Of a stretch of 64,000 nt of DNA, positions 40,040 through 52,524 are shown piece by piece. The position numbers and the translations under genes are program-made. The number at the start of each line of letters is the position of its first letter. Position 1 is the first letter of the stretch. The notes under the pieces are model-generated. The model saw nothing but the letters and a program-made list of their open reading frames with translations, did not search any database and was not told where the DNA came from. This DNA comes from Camelus ferus (lineage: Eukaryota), in the NCBI RefSeq assembly GCF_009834535.1, contig NC_045697.1, positions 51,772,001 through 51,836,000 of the forward strand. The letters are read 5' to 3'.

Positions 40040-40265
40040 AGTTAAAAATACAGGCTTTGGATCTAGGCTGCCTGGGTGAATCTGGGCTCCACTTTAGACA
40101 GTTTGCTTCAACTTTCTGTGCCTCAGTTTCTGCACATTTGAAATGGGGGAAAATGGTGTCTTCCTCCTTGGGTTCTTTCAAGAATGAAATGAGGTAAATC
40201 GCTTAGAACAGCAGCTGGCACAGCATCAACAACATCATCATAAAATAAATGGACTTATTATTATT
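40040..40265 (+). mobile_element. MIR SINE
   Basis: caggctttggatctaggctgcctgggtgaatctgggctccactt...ttctgtgcctcagtttctgcacatttgaaatgggg...gcttagaacagcagctggcaca. Confidence 0.75.
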
Positions 40266-40423
40266 TTAAATATAAGTGGTCATGCAGAGCCCCAGGGGCT
40301 GTAAAAGAGTTGGTTAATATTTCATGATGTAATTCTTATGTAGAATTTCTCAAACGAATACTACAGGGCTGTGGTCACTCTATAAAACCTTCTAGAGCTT
40401 CCTACTTGTATAAATATGTTTTT

Positions 40424-40940
40424 TCTTTCATGTGCTTTCTCTCTTTTTTTTTAGACTGGTGTATAGTTGATTTATAATATTGTGTTAGTTCAGGTGTACA
40501 GCAAATATTCCATTATTTTTTCATATATTTTTCCATTATAGGTTATTACAAGATATCGACTATTGTTCCCTGTGATATATAATAAATCTTTGTTGCTTAT
40601 CTGTTTTATGAATAGTAGTTTGTATCTGTTAATCCTGTTCTTCTAATTTATCCCTCCCCCTTCCTCTCCCCTTTGATAAGTTTGTTTTCTGTGTCTGTGA
40701 GTCTTTATATTTTGTATATAGATTCATTTGTCTTATTTTTCATATTCCACATACAAATGATATAATGAAATATTTGCCTTTCTTCTTATGACTTAATTCA
40801 TTAAGTATAATATTCTCTAGGTCCACCCATGTTATTGTAAATGGCAGTATTTCATTCCTTTTTTATTGCTGAGTAATAATAAAGCCAATTGTCTGTTGAT
40901 GGTCACTTGAGTTGTTTCCATTTCTTGGCTATTGTAAATA
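40424..40940 (-). mobile_element. 3' portion of a 5'-inverted L1 (antisense 3'UTR and ORF2 end)
   Basis: Degenerate poly-T, then gtatagttgatttataatattgtgttagttcaggtgtacagc...gtttccatttcttggctattgtaaata. Confidence 0.9.
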
Positions 40941-41854
40941 AACCCACAGCCAACATAATACTCAGTGGTAAAAAGCTGAAAGTCTTCTGCTAAATTCAGG
41001 AACAACATAAGGACGCCCACTCTCACCACTTCAATTCAGCATAGTATTGGAAGTCATAGCCATGGCAGTCAGACAAGAAAAAGAAGGAAAAATTATCCAA
41101 ATTGGAAGGGAAGAGATAAAACTGTCACTATTTGCATATGACATGATACTCTATATAAAGAACTTTAAAATTTCCACACAAAAACTATTAGAACTAATAA
41201 ACGAATTCAGCAATGTAGCAGGATACAAGATTAATATACAGAAATCTGTTGCATTTCTTTACACTGACAATGAAATATCAGAAAGAGAATGTTAAAAAAT
41301 TCGTTTAAAATTACATTAAAAAAACCTACGAATAAACTTAACCAAGAAGGTGAAAGACCTATACACTGAAAACTATGAAACACTGATAAAGAAAACTAAA
41401 GATGATTCAAAGAAATGGAAAGACATCTCACTCTCTTGGATTGGAAGAATTATGGCCGTACTACCCAAAACAATCTACAAATTTAATGCAACCCCTATCA
41501 AAATACCCATGACATTTTTCACAGAACTAGAAAAAATAATCCTAACATTTATATAGAACCACAGAAGACCCAGAATTACCTGAGAAATCCTGAAGAAAAA
41601 GAATGAAGCTGGAGGAATAACAATCCCAGACTTCAGACAATACTACAGAGCTACAGTAATCAAAACAGCATGGTATTGGCACAAAAACAGACATATGGAT
41701 CAATGGAACAGAATAGAGGGACCAGAAATAACTCCCCACACCTACAGTCAATTAATCTTTGACCAAGGAGGCAAGAACATGCAATGGAGAAAAGACAATC
41801 TCTTTGGCAAGTGGTGTTGGGAAAGCTGGACAGCTACATGTAAATCAATGAAAT
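40941..41854 (+). mobile_element. Inverted 5' portion of the same L1 (ORF2 RT domain and downstream region, sense strand)
   Basis: ORFs 41047..41295 ([16 protein letters not shown]...[28 protein letters not shown], a degenerate FADD motif), 41350..41556 and 41695..41895 ([28 protein letters not shown]). Confidence 0.92.
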
Positions 41855-42861
41855 TAAATATGGTTTTGTTATATAAAATTCTTTATGTAAGCTGAACTTT
41901 CAAACATTTGAAAAAGTATTATTTGAAAACATAGGATATTTGCACCTCTAGTACATTTTAGATTTGGAAGTATCTGGGTTAGTGGTAGAGACCAGACATA
42001 TATTCTCTCCCATTTGTGTTCATTCTTTTTATCACCAGTTCTTCTCTTTTCCCCGTTTGTCTCTACCTTTCTCTCACTCATTCTTGCAGGTATACACATA
42101 CATACATGTGTGCAGGAATCTAGTCTTTCCCTTCCTTTCTCTCATCTTCATTAGGAAAATGTAGGTAAATAGTAAGCTGAATAACTATTGTATATTGGAG
42201 TTCTAGAGAATTTCATCTCTTGTTCAATTTTAGTTAATGTTTCTAGAATATATGAAGAAACTTTGTGGCTTTATTGTTAGAATGGTATATGTGGGCCATT
42301 CATGATTGATTGACAGATGACAGTTTAAATATTGATCTAAACTCATACTCTTTCTTTCAGGTACCCATTATCTGTATCATTCCAAAATAATTTTCAGAAT
42401 ATTTAAAAAATCACTTCATTTGTGACATACTTTTATGGATCTTGCAACTTTTTTGCTTAACCTTGAGACATTTGGATTGATTCAAAGCTGTTTCTCCACT
42501 GCATAGTCCTTCCTAGTTGCTATTAATGGTATACTCCAATGAGAAAAGGTTTCCTTTTTGTATGACTTAAATGTTTTGGCCATTTTTAATTTTCATCTTT
42601 TAATTTAAATGAAACATTTTAAAGTTTCAAAAATGAATACAAATAAAATTACTTATGTATGTATCAGAACTTTAAACAGCTATCAGCATTTTTTCCAAAT
42701 TTGCTTTGAGTGTTTCTGTTTTTTTAAAAAAAATCTCACTATTCATTCCTTTCTACTCCTTCCTACCTGAGGGGTATTCATTAACAAATGTTGACGTGAA
42801 TTATTCTTGTGAATGTTTTATGTCTTTACTAGATTTATATGCAATATTAGTTAGAGTATAT

Positions 42862-43390
42862 TTGCAGGTAAGAGTTAACACAGTGATCCTGAGACTACTG
42901 TGCTTAGAACGGCCTGTCTGCAAGGTTGACCCTTGGCTGGCAACTGAGAACTTGGATTTCAGGAGGTTCCTACCACTCCCAGAACTGGGTTTACTGGGCT
43001 TTAACCGTACAGTGTGCTTGTGTGGAACACCTGCTTTCTTTCTGGAAATCTGGAATTTCGAATGTGCCAGGCTTATACAACTAGCCCCCAGCAAAAATCT
43101 TGGATGCCGAGTCTCTAAGGAGCTTCTCTGGTAGAACGAATTTCATGTGTCATCACAAATCATTGTTGGAGGAATTAAGCACATCCTGTGTGGCTCCACT
43201 GGGAGAGGACTCAGGAAGCTTGTGCCTGGTTTCCTCTTGGCTTCACCCCTGTGCCTTTTCCCTTCTCTGATTTTCCTTTGTACCCTTTCCCTGTAATAAA
43301 TTTTAGCTATGAGCAATGACTACATGCTGAGTCCTGGGAGTCGTCCTAATGAATCATAAACCTCTGGGTGGTCTTGGAGACCTCTAAGCT
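42862..43390 (+). mobile_element. ERVL-class solo LTR (MER68-like)
   Basis: agagttaacacag...cctgagactactgtgcttagaacggcctgtctgcaaggttgacccttggctggc...ggagaggactcaggaagcttgtgcctggtttcct...ctgtAATAAAttttagc...gctgagtcctg...ggtggtcttggagacc. Confidence 0.75.
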
Positions 43391-45946
43391 GCTGCAGCAA
43401 GAGACCTTAGAATGCAGTGACTTGAACAGGAGAGAAATGTATACATGTTTTTCTAATACAACTGTTTAAAAGTTGAAAGACCTTTAGGCTGACCAGGATC
43501 AATGGCCAGTTAGCACACACACAAGTTACTGGGGCAGTGCACATTAGGGAAAACTCATGGGGAAGGCAGCACTGGGGGTGGGGACATAGACCCTCTGTTG
43601 TCCACCGCATCGTAGGGTAACACACGTAACTCTCAGAGATCTTGGTGACAGACTTTGGGAGATGGCTCTCTGTATTTGGGCTTTGGTGCTTTCAAGCTGC
43701 ATGATTAGTGAAGGGCCAGTTCCTCTTCTGGCATGATCCTGGGTCAAGTACAATAACAGTATGACACAGCAGGACTTTGGTTCCAGGTCTAGACTGTCAG
43801 CTGTGGGTTGGAGGTTGGGAGAGCACCAGCCCTTCACATGGCATGATCAGTGGCCTTGGGTCTAAGCTCCCAGTTGCAGTTACAGCAAGCTGGCAGTGGG
43901 ATTTGTTACACCAGCATTCACTGTTGAGAAGCATCTTTATTTCTCCCTATGCTAATGGAAAGGTTTCTAATAGTATTCTATTTGCAAATTGGTGAGTATT
44001 TCAATGATCTGAGTATCCGAGAATGTCTGTGCCCTAACCTTTTTGTCTTCCCCTCCTTTAAGTATTAAAATCTATACTCCTGTTTGAGGTTTTAACTGAG
44101 GTTTCCTGCTCCCCCTAAACCCTCTCACCTTGCCTTAGCATCCTTCCTCACCTGGCCGCTTAATGAGGCTGACACTTCAAAAAAGCTTTTCAGTTCCTTC
44201 TTTATTTTCTTTATTGCAAGGTCAAGTTTTAATTTAAAAGACTGTTGTTTATATTTCATGTAGCATTTCTAGGCTTTATTTCATGGTGCTTTTTTTAAGT
44301 TCACAATATTCCTTTATAGTTTGATTGTAACTAGTGCTTTGTTGGGAAAGATCCATACTGGAATGGCATTCAGGACTTTGTTGTTTTTAAAAGCAAGAGT
44401 GGCCAATTAAATAATTTAACACTCTGTCCATTTGACTAATTCATAGGAGAAAATAGACTCATTGATCAGCTCATGAGTGGGCTGACTCCATCCACTGTGT
44501 ATTTTATTGGTAAGGTCCTTTGTTTAGCCTTCCTCTCCTTCTTCCCTCCTTCCTCCCTCCCTCCCTAACTTCCTTCCTCTCTTCCCCTCCCTTTCTTCCA
44601 AATTCTTTCTTATGGTGATGCCTGTTGACCAGCCCGAGAATTCTGTTTTTGGCTTTGTTGTCCAAGGAGCTGAGGATGAGTTTGTCATTGGTGGAGCATA
44701 AATAAGTTTAGGAGAGCTGTTCTTATAATTTATCCAGATACAAACACTGCAAGTCTTTCTTTTTGATATACTACTCCCTTCCAAAAACAGTTATAAATTC
44801 ACAGGGAGGAAGGCCATTAAGGGAAATTTGTTATTCTCCAGTAGAGAAGATGCTTGTAGAATTGTGTCTGTCTTATCTATTGTAAATGTATGATTAAACA
44901 AAATACCCCAGTTGCTTTTATTTAAGAATGGCCTCTGTCCCTTCCTTTCCTCTCTCCCTCAATCCTTCTGCCCCTCAGTCCCTCTGTCCCTCCCTCCTCT
45001 CCTTTACTCCTTCATTTAAAAATGAAATTTGGAGTTGCTTAATGCCAGCTGTAAATAAGACCGTGCACCCTAATGGACAAATCACTTAGAATCTCTTCGG
45101 TGAACACTGCTTGTATTCCTGGCCTCGGCTTGATACCTTACGTATTATTTTCATTTGTCACAGAGAAGTAGGAGCAGGGTGATAGCGTTTAGACAGAGCA
45201 GAACCATAATTTCTACTGCAAAATGAAAAATATACCTCAGAATGGGTACTGTTCAAAGGTGGATGTTAATACTGTCTTTTATATATGAAGAACAGCTCAT
45301 TTCTTCAGGACTGAATAATATGTTTTCAGTTATTTTCTATCTCACTAACAAATAGACAGATTGGCTGCCAGTAATTACGTGGTAATTACCTGGATTTATG
45401 CTTTTATTCTTTGATGTTAGAAAATTACTTCTTCAGTGTCTGATGTTGCTAAATAACATTCTTTAGGAACTTGCAAAAAAAGCGGCTTTCTTCATCTTTC
45501 GTTAATTATCTACTATAGGACAACAGTAAATAGCATTTTTGAGTCTGAGCCTTTTAATCAACTAGGGAGAGACAGACCCCTTTGTGTTTTGACCAGTAGC
45601 ACTGAAGTTGCCGTGGGCACCAAACTTCACGTTACTTTCAAGGGGAAATTTTGATAGTACTGTGTTCACCATAGCAAGTTCACCCCAAAACTGCAGGTGC
45701 CTCTTCTTGCTAACTAACCTTGTGCACTAAAGCTAGAGTGAGAGAAGACACATCCATGACAACCCCAACACTGCACCTCAAGCCTGATTCCCTTTCTCAA
45801 AGTGTCCTTGGTGACGTGACAGCCTAGTGTTACTTAGGAGACTCAAACACAGAAGTACACAGTTGAATAGTACCTGGTTTGTGATGCCATTATTTGTAGA
45901 AGGTATTTTTTATTTTTGTAATTATTAATGATAAAAGAAATAACAA

Positions 45947-46064
45947 GAGAGAGGGTTTAGCTCAAGTGGTAGAATGCATGCTTATCATGTACAAGGTCCT
46001 GATTCAATCCCCAGTACCTCCTCTATAAACAAACAAACAAACAAAATCCCCCCCCAAAAAAACT

Positions 46065-46106
<42 letters not shown>
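45947..46106 (+). mobile_element. tRNA-derived SINE (camelid Vic-1-like) with (AAAC)n/(AAAT)n tail and TSD
   Basis: A-box tagctcaagtgg at 45958-45969, degenerate B-box gattcaatccc at 46001-46011, A-rich tail. TSD aaaagaa(a/g)taacaa at 45933-45946 and 46107-46120. Confidence 0.85.
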
Positions 46107-46108
<2 letters not shown>

Positions 46109-46177
46109 AAGAAGTAACAAAGATAGGTGACTGAGTATGGCTTTCGGATCACAAGCTTAGTAACAGCTCTAATTCTT

Positions 46178-46476
46178 TTTATTATTCTTTTTTATTGACG
46201 TGTAGTTGACTTACAATGTTAGTTTCAGGTGTACAGCAAAACAATTGAGTTATACATACACATACATACATTTTTTTTCAGTTTCTTTTCCATTATGGCT
46301 CATTATAAGAAATTGAATATAGTTCCCTGTGCTGTACAGTAGGACCTTGCCACTTACTCACTTCACATACAGTCATGTGTATCTGTCAATCCCAAACTCC
46401 CAGTCTATCCCTCCCCCTCCGTTTTTCCTCCTGGTAACCACAGTCTGTTTTCTATGTCTGTGAGTTTATTTCGAAG
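46178..46476 (-). mobile_element. Short L1 3'UTR insertion inside a MIR
   Basis: TSD aacagctct(a/g)attctt at 46162-46177 and 46477-46492. MIR-like sequence continues on both sides (~46125-46160 and ~46495-46670). Confidence 0.9.
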
Positions 46477-47048
46477 AACAGCTCTGATTCTTACAGTTAC
46501 CAGTCATGTAGCTGGGGAGCAGGACTAAACGTCTGTAGACCTGTTTCATGGTCTACAAAATGGGTCTAATAGCAGAGGATGCCTGCTTCACATACTTGTT
46601 ATATGGATTAAATAAAATGTTTCATATGAGAAGCATCTTTTAACGTGTAAATATCTTATGAATTTTAGTTATCTAATACTTTATATCAGTTAATAGATTT
46701 AGTCCTCTAAAGGGAATGTACTCAGAATTTAAAAAGAAATTCTAATTGGTAATTTCTATCTTGATAAAATCTATTAACCTTAAGAAATTAGATAGCTTTC
46801 TTATTCTAAAACTCCTTTAACAGCCAGAAATAAAAAGGTTCTTGAGATTCTGCATAGCATTAGTTATTAATAAGTGAGTTTTCATTTTGCTAAATGAACT
46901 CTGATGTGTCAACCACCTATTGTATTTCTATCATTCACCTTATTTTTCAAATAGGTGTGCTGTTGAATAAGATTTTCAAAAAAGACATGCTGGTTCACTG
47001 TACCGAGGATCTGCTTCATTATGGACCCTTAAAAACATCATGGTATTT

Positions 47049-47816
47049 TTTTTTATTGAAGTATATATAGTCAGTTTACAATGTTGAATCAATTTCTGGT
47101 ATACAGCAGAATAGTTCAGTCATACATGAATCCGTATATTCATTTTCATATTCTTTTTCATTATAGATTACTATAAAATATTGAATATAGTTCCCTGTGC
47201 TATACAGTATAAATTTGTTATTTATCTGTTTTATATGTAGTAGTTAGTATCTGCAAATCTCGAGCTCCCAATTTATCCCTTCCCACCCCATTTCCTCACT
47301 GGTAACCATAAGTTTGTTTTCTATGTCTGTGAGTCTGTTTCTGTTCTGTAAATAAGTCATTTGCCTTTTTTTTTAGATTCCACACATAAGGTATCATATG
47401 GTATTTTTCTTTCTCTTTCTGGCTTACTTCACTTAGAATGACAATCTCCAGATCCATTCATGTTGCTGCAAATGGATTATTTTATTCTTTTTTATGGTTG
47501 AGTAGTATTCCATTGTATAAAGATACCGCAGCTTTCTTATCCAGTCATCTGTTGATGGACATGATTCTATGTCTTGGCTATTGTAAATAGTGCTGCTATG
47601 AACATTGGGGTGCATATATCTTTTTGAATTAAAGTTCCCTCCATATATATGCCCAGGAGTGGGATTGCTGGATCATATGGTAAGTCTGTTTTTTTTTTTG
47701 AGGACTCTCCACACTGTTTTCCAAAATGGCTGCACCAAACTACATTCCCACCAACAGTATAACTACAGTCCCACCAAAAGTATTCCCTTTTCTCAACACG
47801 CTGTCTAGTATTTATC
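47049..47816 (-). mobile_element. Young 5'-truncated L1 with TSD
   Basis: ORF 47567..47818(-) [43 protein letters not shown] acatcatggtattt (47035-47048) / acatcacagtgttt (47817-47830). Confidence 0.93.
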
Positions 47817-48849
47817 ACATCACAGTGTTTGTATTGATTTTATTTTCACTATTTTTCATGAAATGGTACAGTGGATTTAAAGGGCAGGCTCTCAAGTCAG
47901 ACTGCCTGTGTTTGAATTCTAGGTTCAAACCTAATAGATGTAGAGTATTGGAAAAGTTATTTACTATTTAATTTGTGACTGGCTCATAGAAATGTTGTAA
48001 TGGTGCCCTGGGTATTTGTCCAGTTGCTTCTCTCTCTCTCTTTTTTTCTTTCTCTCGTTCGCTTACTTTAACACTTGAAAACATTTGAAAAATAAGTCAG
48101 ATTATTCCTCTCTTTTATTGCAGTAATCATATGATTAATTTTTAAAAATTAGAGAACTAAAGGAGAACAGGATTCTTGTTTTCTGTTGCTTGATTTGTCT
48201 TTGCAACTTGTCCTTTGTCAATATTTTTGAGTATGAATTTTAATTTCAATATGGTTAGAAGGACACATATGGATGAAATGTGCATTTAAAAATAAGAATG
48301 TATGTTTATGTATAAACATATGCCCATATATATATATACACACACATATATATACACAAACACAATTTGGATGGAAAGAAAGATGTGAAAGAGAAAAGAA
48401 ACTCTGTTTCAGTTACTGACTATAGGAAATAATTTGGTTGACAAATGATGTACTTTAGGGAGATTACTAAGAGTGTCATTTCTTGAGTGAGTATGGAGAC
48501 TTTACAAAGAAATACCAATATAGGCTTTTTGGTATAACCTCATAGCAAGTATGTACCCATATAGATAACAGCTGAAAATCAGAAACGGTACATATAAAAC
48601 ATGAACACCATGAAAGTAGACAACTAATGCCAGGATAGTTTATCTAGTAGGTAATAGAATACTTAAAAACCATGAAAAAAAACCTGGGGGATCATTGAAC
48701 TGAATGAATTTTGAGTATAATTAAAAGCAATTGATTTTATGTCTTTCTGATAAATTGAGAAAGCCCAATTTAAAAAAAACTTAATAATTAAAAATTTTTA
48801 TAATTATGAAACTTTCGAAATTTCACTGTTTTTCTTGAAATCTACTTTA

Positions 48850-50990
48850 TCTGATATTAGTAAAGCACTCAGCTATCTTATACTCACTTTATATATGCTG
48901 TCTCTTTTATGATACTTTTACTTTCAAACTGTCTTAGTGTATTGTTTGGTCTAGTTTTTTTTTTTGTTTTTTTTTTTTACTCATTTTTGTGATCTCTGCC
49001 TTTTGTTTGGAACATTTCATTTAATTATTGATGTGGTTGGAGGTTGGTCTTATGTTTTACTATTTGTTTCTGTTTGTCTTACCTGCTCTTTGTCTCTGTG
49101 TACCTCTTTTCTTCTCCTGGGTTAATTGAATATTTTATGTAATTTCATTTTAAATTATTATCTTCTTAGCTATATCATTTTACTTTTACTGGTTATATAT
49201 ATATGTGTGTGTGTATATATATATTTAAATGTTGAAGTGTACTTAGAGTTAACATCATACCAGTTAATATAAAATACAAGAACCCTGAAATCACACAGGC
49301 CCATTTACCACTCCCCTCTCCTTTATGTTATAATTATAACATATTACCTACATCTGTGTTATGAACTCCACCATTTGTTATATTTTTTTGTTTTAAACAT
49401 ACATGTTTAAAGATGAAGACTAAAAGTATTTTATATTTACCCACATAATTTATCTTTCTGGTGAACATTATTCTTTCCTAAATGTCTGTTACTACTTCCC
49501 TTCAGCTCCAAGAACTGTCTTTAGTATTTCTTGCAGATCTATCTTACACCTCAGATTTTTAATTCACTGAAAATATTTGTATCTTGCCTCCATTCGTGAG
49601 GGCTATTTTCAGTATTTTGCAAGTATTTCGAAAGTTGACAGTATTTTTCTTGTAGCACTTTGTGATGGTTATTCCACTGTTTTGGGACTTCCATTGTTTC
49701 AGTTAGACGTCAGAGATAATTTCATACTATTTTTCTCCTAAATATATTATTTTTCTCTTACTGTTTTCAAGATCTATTATCTGTGGTTTTAGCAGTGTGA
49801 CTATAACATGCCTACATATGGTGTATTTCTGTTTTATCCTGTTTGGAATTTACTGTGCTTACTGAACTTTCAAATTTGTATCACTCACCAGATTTTGAAA
49901 ATTTTTGGTCATAATTTCTTAAAATGATTTTTTGAATTATTTCTTGCTTTTTACTTTTTCTCATAATCCAGTTATAGTTATGTTATACCTTTAGATAGTG
50001 TTTTAGAGATCACTGAAGCTTTTCTTTTTCAAATCTTTTTCTCTTCATTCTTCTTAGATATTTTCTGTTGATCTGTCTTCAAGTTTACTAACTTCTTAAT
50101 CTGTCGTCTCCAATCTATGTTAAGTCTATCCCCTTGATTTAAAAAAAATACTTATTGTCTTTTTAGTATTTAGTATTTTAGTATTTAGTATTTTTCAGTT
50201 CTCCTTCATTTTTACTTGTTCATTCATTATGAATATGTTTGTCTTTATATCATTAAGGAATGGTATAATTTTTGTTATTTGATTTTAACATCTGACTCAT
50301 CTCAGATTCAGTCTCAATTAATTGCATTCTATCTTGATTATGGATCATGTTTTCCTATTTCTTTATATATCTAGTAATTTGAATGTATCTTGGACTTTTT
50401 GAAGGATACATTTTAGAGACTCTGAATTCTGTTATAGTCATCTAGATAGTGTTAACTGCTATTTTTCTTTGTTTTAGGCAAAGGATTTGACTGGAAGCAA
50501 ATTCTAAAATGCAGTCTCATTTCTTTTAGTTTTAGCTGACTGCATACAGTCTACCCTAAACACACATAGTTTAAGGGTCAGGCTGAGATTTGAGCAGAGT
50601 GCCTTTGTAGAATTTGGAGGTCACCATCTACAGCTTTCTATATTCTGAGATCAACCCCCACCCCCCACTTCCCAACCCCATCCCCACTCTTTAGGTGCTG
50701 TGGTGCCCAAATTCAGTACTTTCGTTCTTTGAGCTAGTAAAACTACAGGTTCTCATTTAAGTTTCAGTCATCCATGTGGATCAAACCTCAGAAAGAAAAG
50801 CCTTAAAATCAGGACTCACAATGTGCCATTCTATTCTTCCAAGTGTCAATTCCCTTCTAGTTTCTCCCTGCATTTGCAGGAAGTCAAGTGACTTCAGGAA
50901 GCTTTTTCTTCTACTTTGCCTAGTGTTTATAGTTAATTATAAGAGAGTTAATTGGATAGATACTACTCAGCCATGCCAGAAGTGAACTGT
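48850..50990 (-). mobile_element. Ancient L1M (L1MC/MD/ME-like) ORF1/inter-ORF/5' region
   Basis: Long T-rich stretch with antisense L1M motifs (tttagtatttcttgcagatct; gttattccactgttttgggacttccattgtttc; ttgatctgtcttcaagtttacta; gtctccaatctatgttaagtc). Confidence 0.6.
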
Positions 50991-52524
50991 TGTTATTTAT
51001 TTGAAAGCATTTATAAGGAAGTTGTACCAACTATAAATAAAAAATAGTGGGAAAAACATTTCTTCTTGAAACAGAAGAACTTTTCTATTCACCGGATATG
51101 CTAAGGCAATAAACTTTGCTTCAGGGAAAGACCTATTTGTCCAGCAGGAGATAATTTAAATAAATGTTAACCCATACTAAATTACTACTGAAAACCCCAG
51201 AGTATTTTAAAATAACTGCCTGAAAAGAAATATGTTACTTGATGATAGATCTTCTTTGTACCTTTCTTTATATTCAAACCTATAAGTTACATAGCATTAT
51301 TTTTAGCATTTGCCAAACTAGGTGTTATAATTCTTTTGATCCTTACCTATTTGGAATTGGGATTGATGGAGATAGGAGGGGAGAGTAGGAATATGCAATA
51401 GTGGATACCAGTTATGAAAGTGAAAAGTCTGAAGGTGTTCTACATGTCTGGGGGATATCTGAAAGAGTCTTAAAATGGTAAGATCAGGTAAAAGGTAAAA
51501 GACTGAACTGTAGAGAGGAATACACTGTTATGTGTCAAGAGGAAAGGAGTAGGGGTTGAGGCAGAGGGCAAAATCTCTTAAATGAGCCACAGTGATTTAT
51601 ACACACAATGTAGTGATATAAAGTTCTTGCAAGACTGGCTCATTCATGGAATTTCTTTACCTTGTTGAGAAGTGTCTCATGTGTGTTTGTGCACGAGTGC
51701 ACACTTGGTGTGACAGGAGAGAGAGGAAGAGACAGAACAAGACAGCGACAAAGTGAAATAGTGTGTGCACATGTGCATTAAGAGATGCAGTTTACGAATA
51801 AAATTAATGAAAATAAAATAATGTTAAGTGCTGTATTAGTTTTTCATTAATTTATATTTTATATTTTGCTTTCATTAATGTATGGAAGATCATTTTAGTT
51901 GTACTCAGAGCAATCACTTTATCTTTATTTTTGCTTCTGCCAAGTCTTTATAAAGTTACTTGTCAGGAGCTTGACTATTCTGTGAAAGTAATCTTCTAAA
52001 ACAGAGTATTATTCCTTAAACATTTTTTAACAACTAAAATTAACTTTTAAGAGGCAATTATTATTTACTGTCTCTCCTGGAATTTAAAAGTTACAATAAT
52101 TTATTAGTTGGTGGTTGAAGATACAGAAAAATATATTTGAATGTGATATTGAATATATTTTAATATGATGTCAACCAAATTGTCCTATGGCTTCCAAATT
52201 TCAGTGTAAGAATCTAATCAAGTAGCTTTCAGTCAGTAATATGCAGCAAACTGGTCCACAGCTTTTTGTACAAAATACAAATTCTTGGGTTCCATCCCAA
52301 AATATTCTTATTTAATAATTCTGGGATAGTTCCTAAGCATCTGTTATGTTAAAACATTGTGTGGGATTCTTGCTCTACAGCTAGGCTAAGAATGACTGGT
52401 ATATCCTTTAATCCCAACTCAGATTTAGGGCTCCCCAGGATAATTGTGAATGGAAATTAAGGGAGGAGAGGAATTTCTGAGTGGTCTTACAAGTTAGATC
52501 TGTGACTTCCCAGGCATTTAATCC

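Noticed and set aside
41047..41895. Possible functional reverse transcriptase gene
   Set aside because: Fragmented L1 ORF2 with stops and frameshifts; the catalytic FADD motif is mutated to FAYD
42706..43134. 142-aa ORF
   Set aside because: Runs through a MER68-like LTR and resembles no protein family I recognise
45947..46020. Possible tRNA gene
   Set aside because: Has a TSD, an A-rich tail and a damaged B-box/T-arm, so it is a SINE rather than a tRNA
50160..50196. Short (tttagta)n tandem array
   Set aside because: Ordinary slippage within old L1M; no spacer structure and not CRISPR-like
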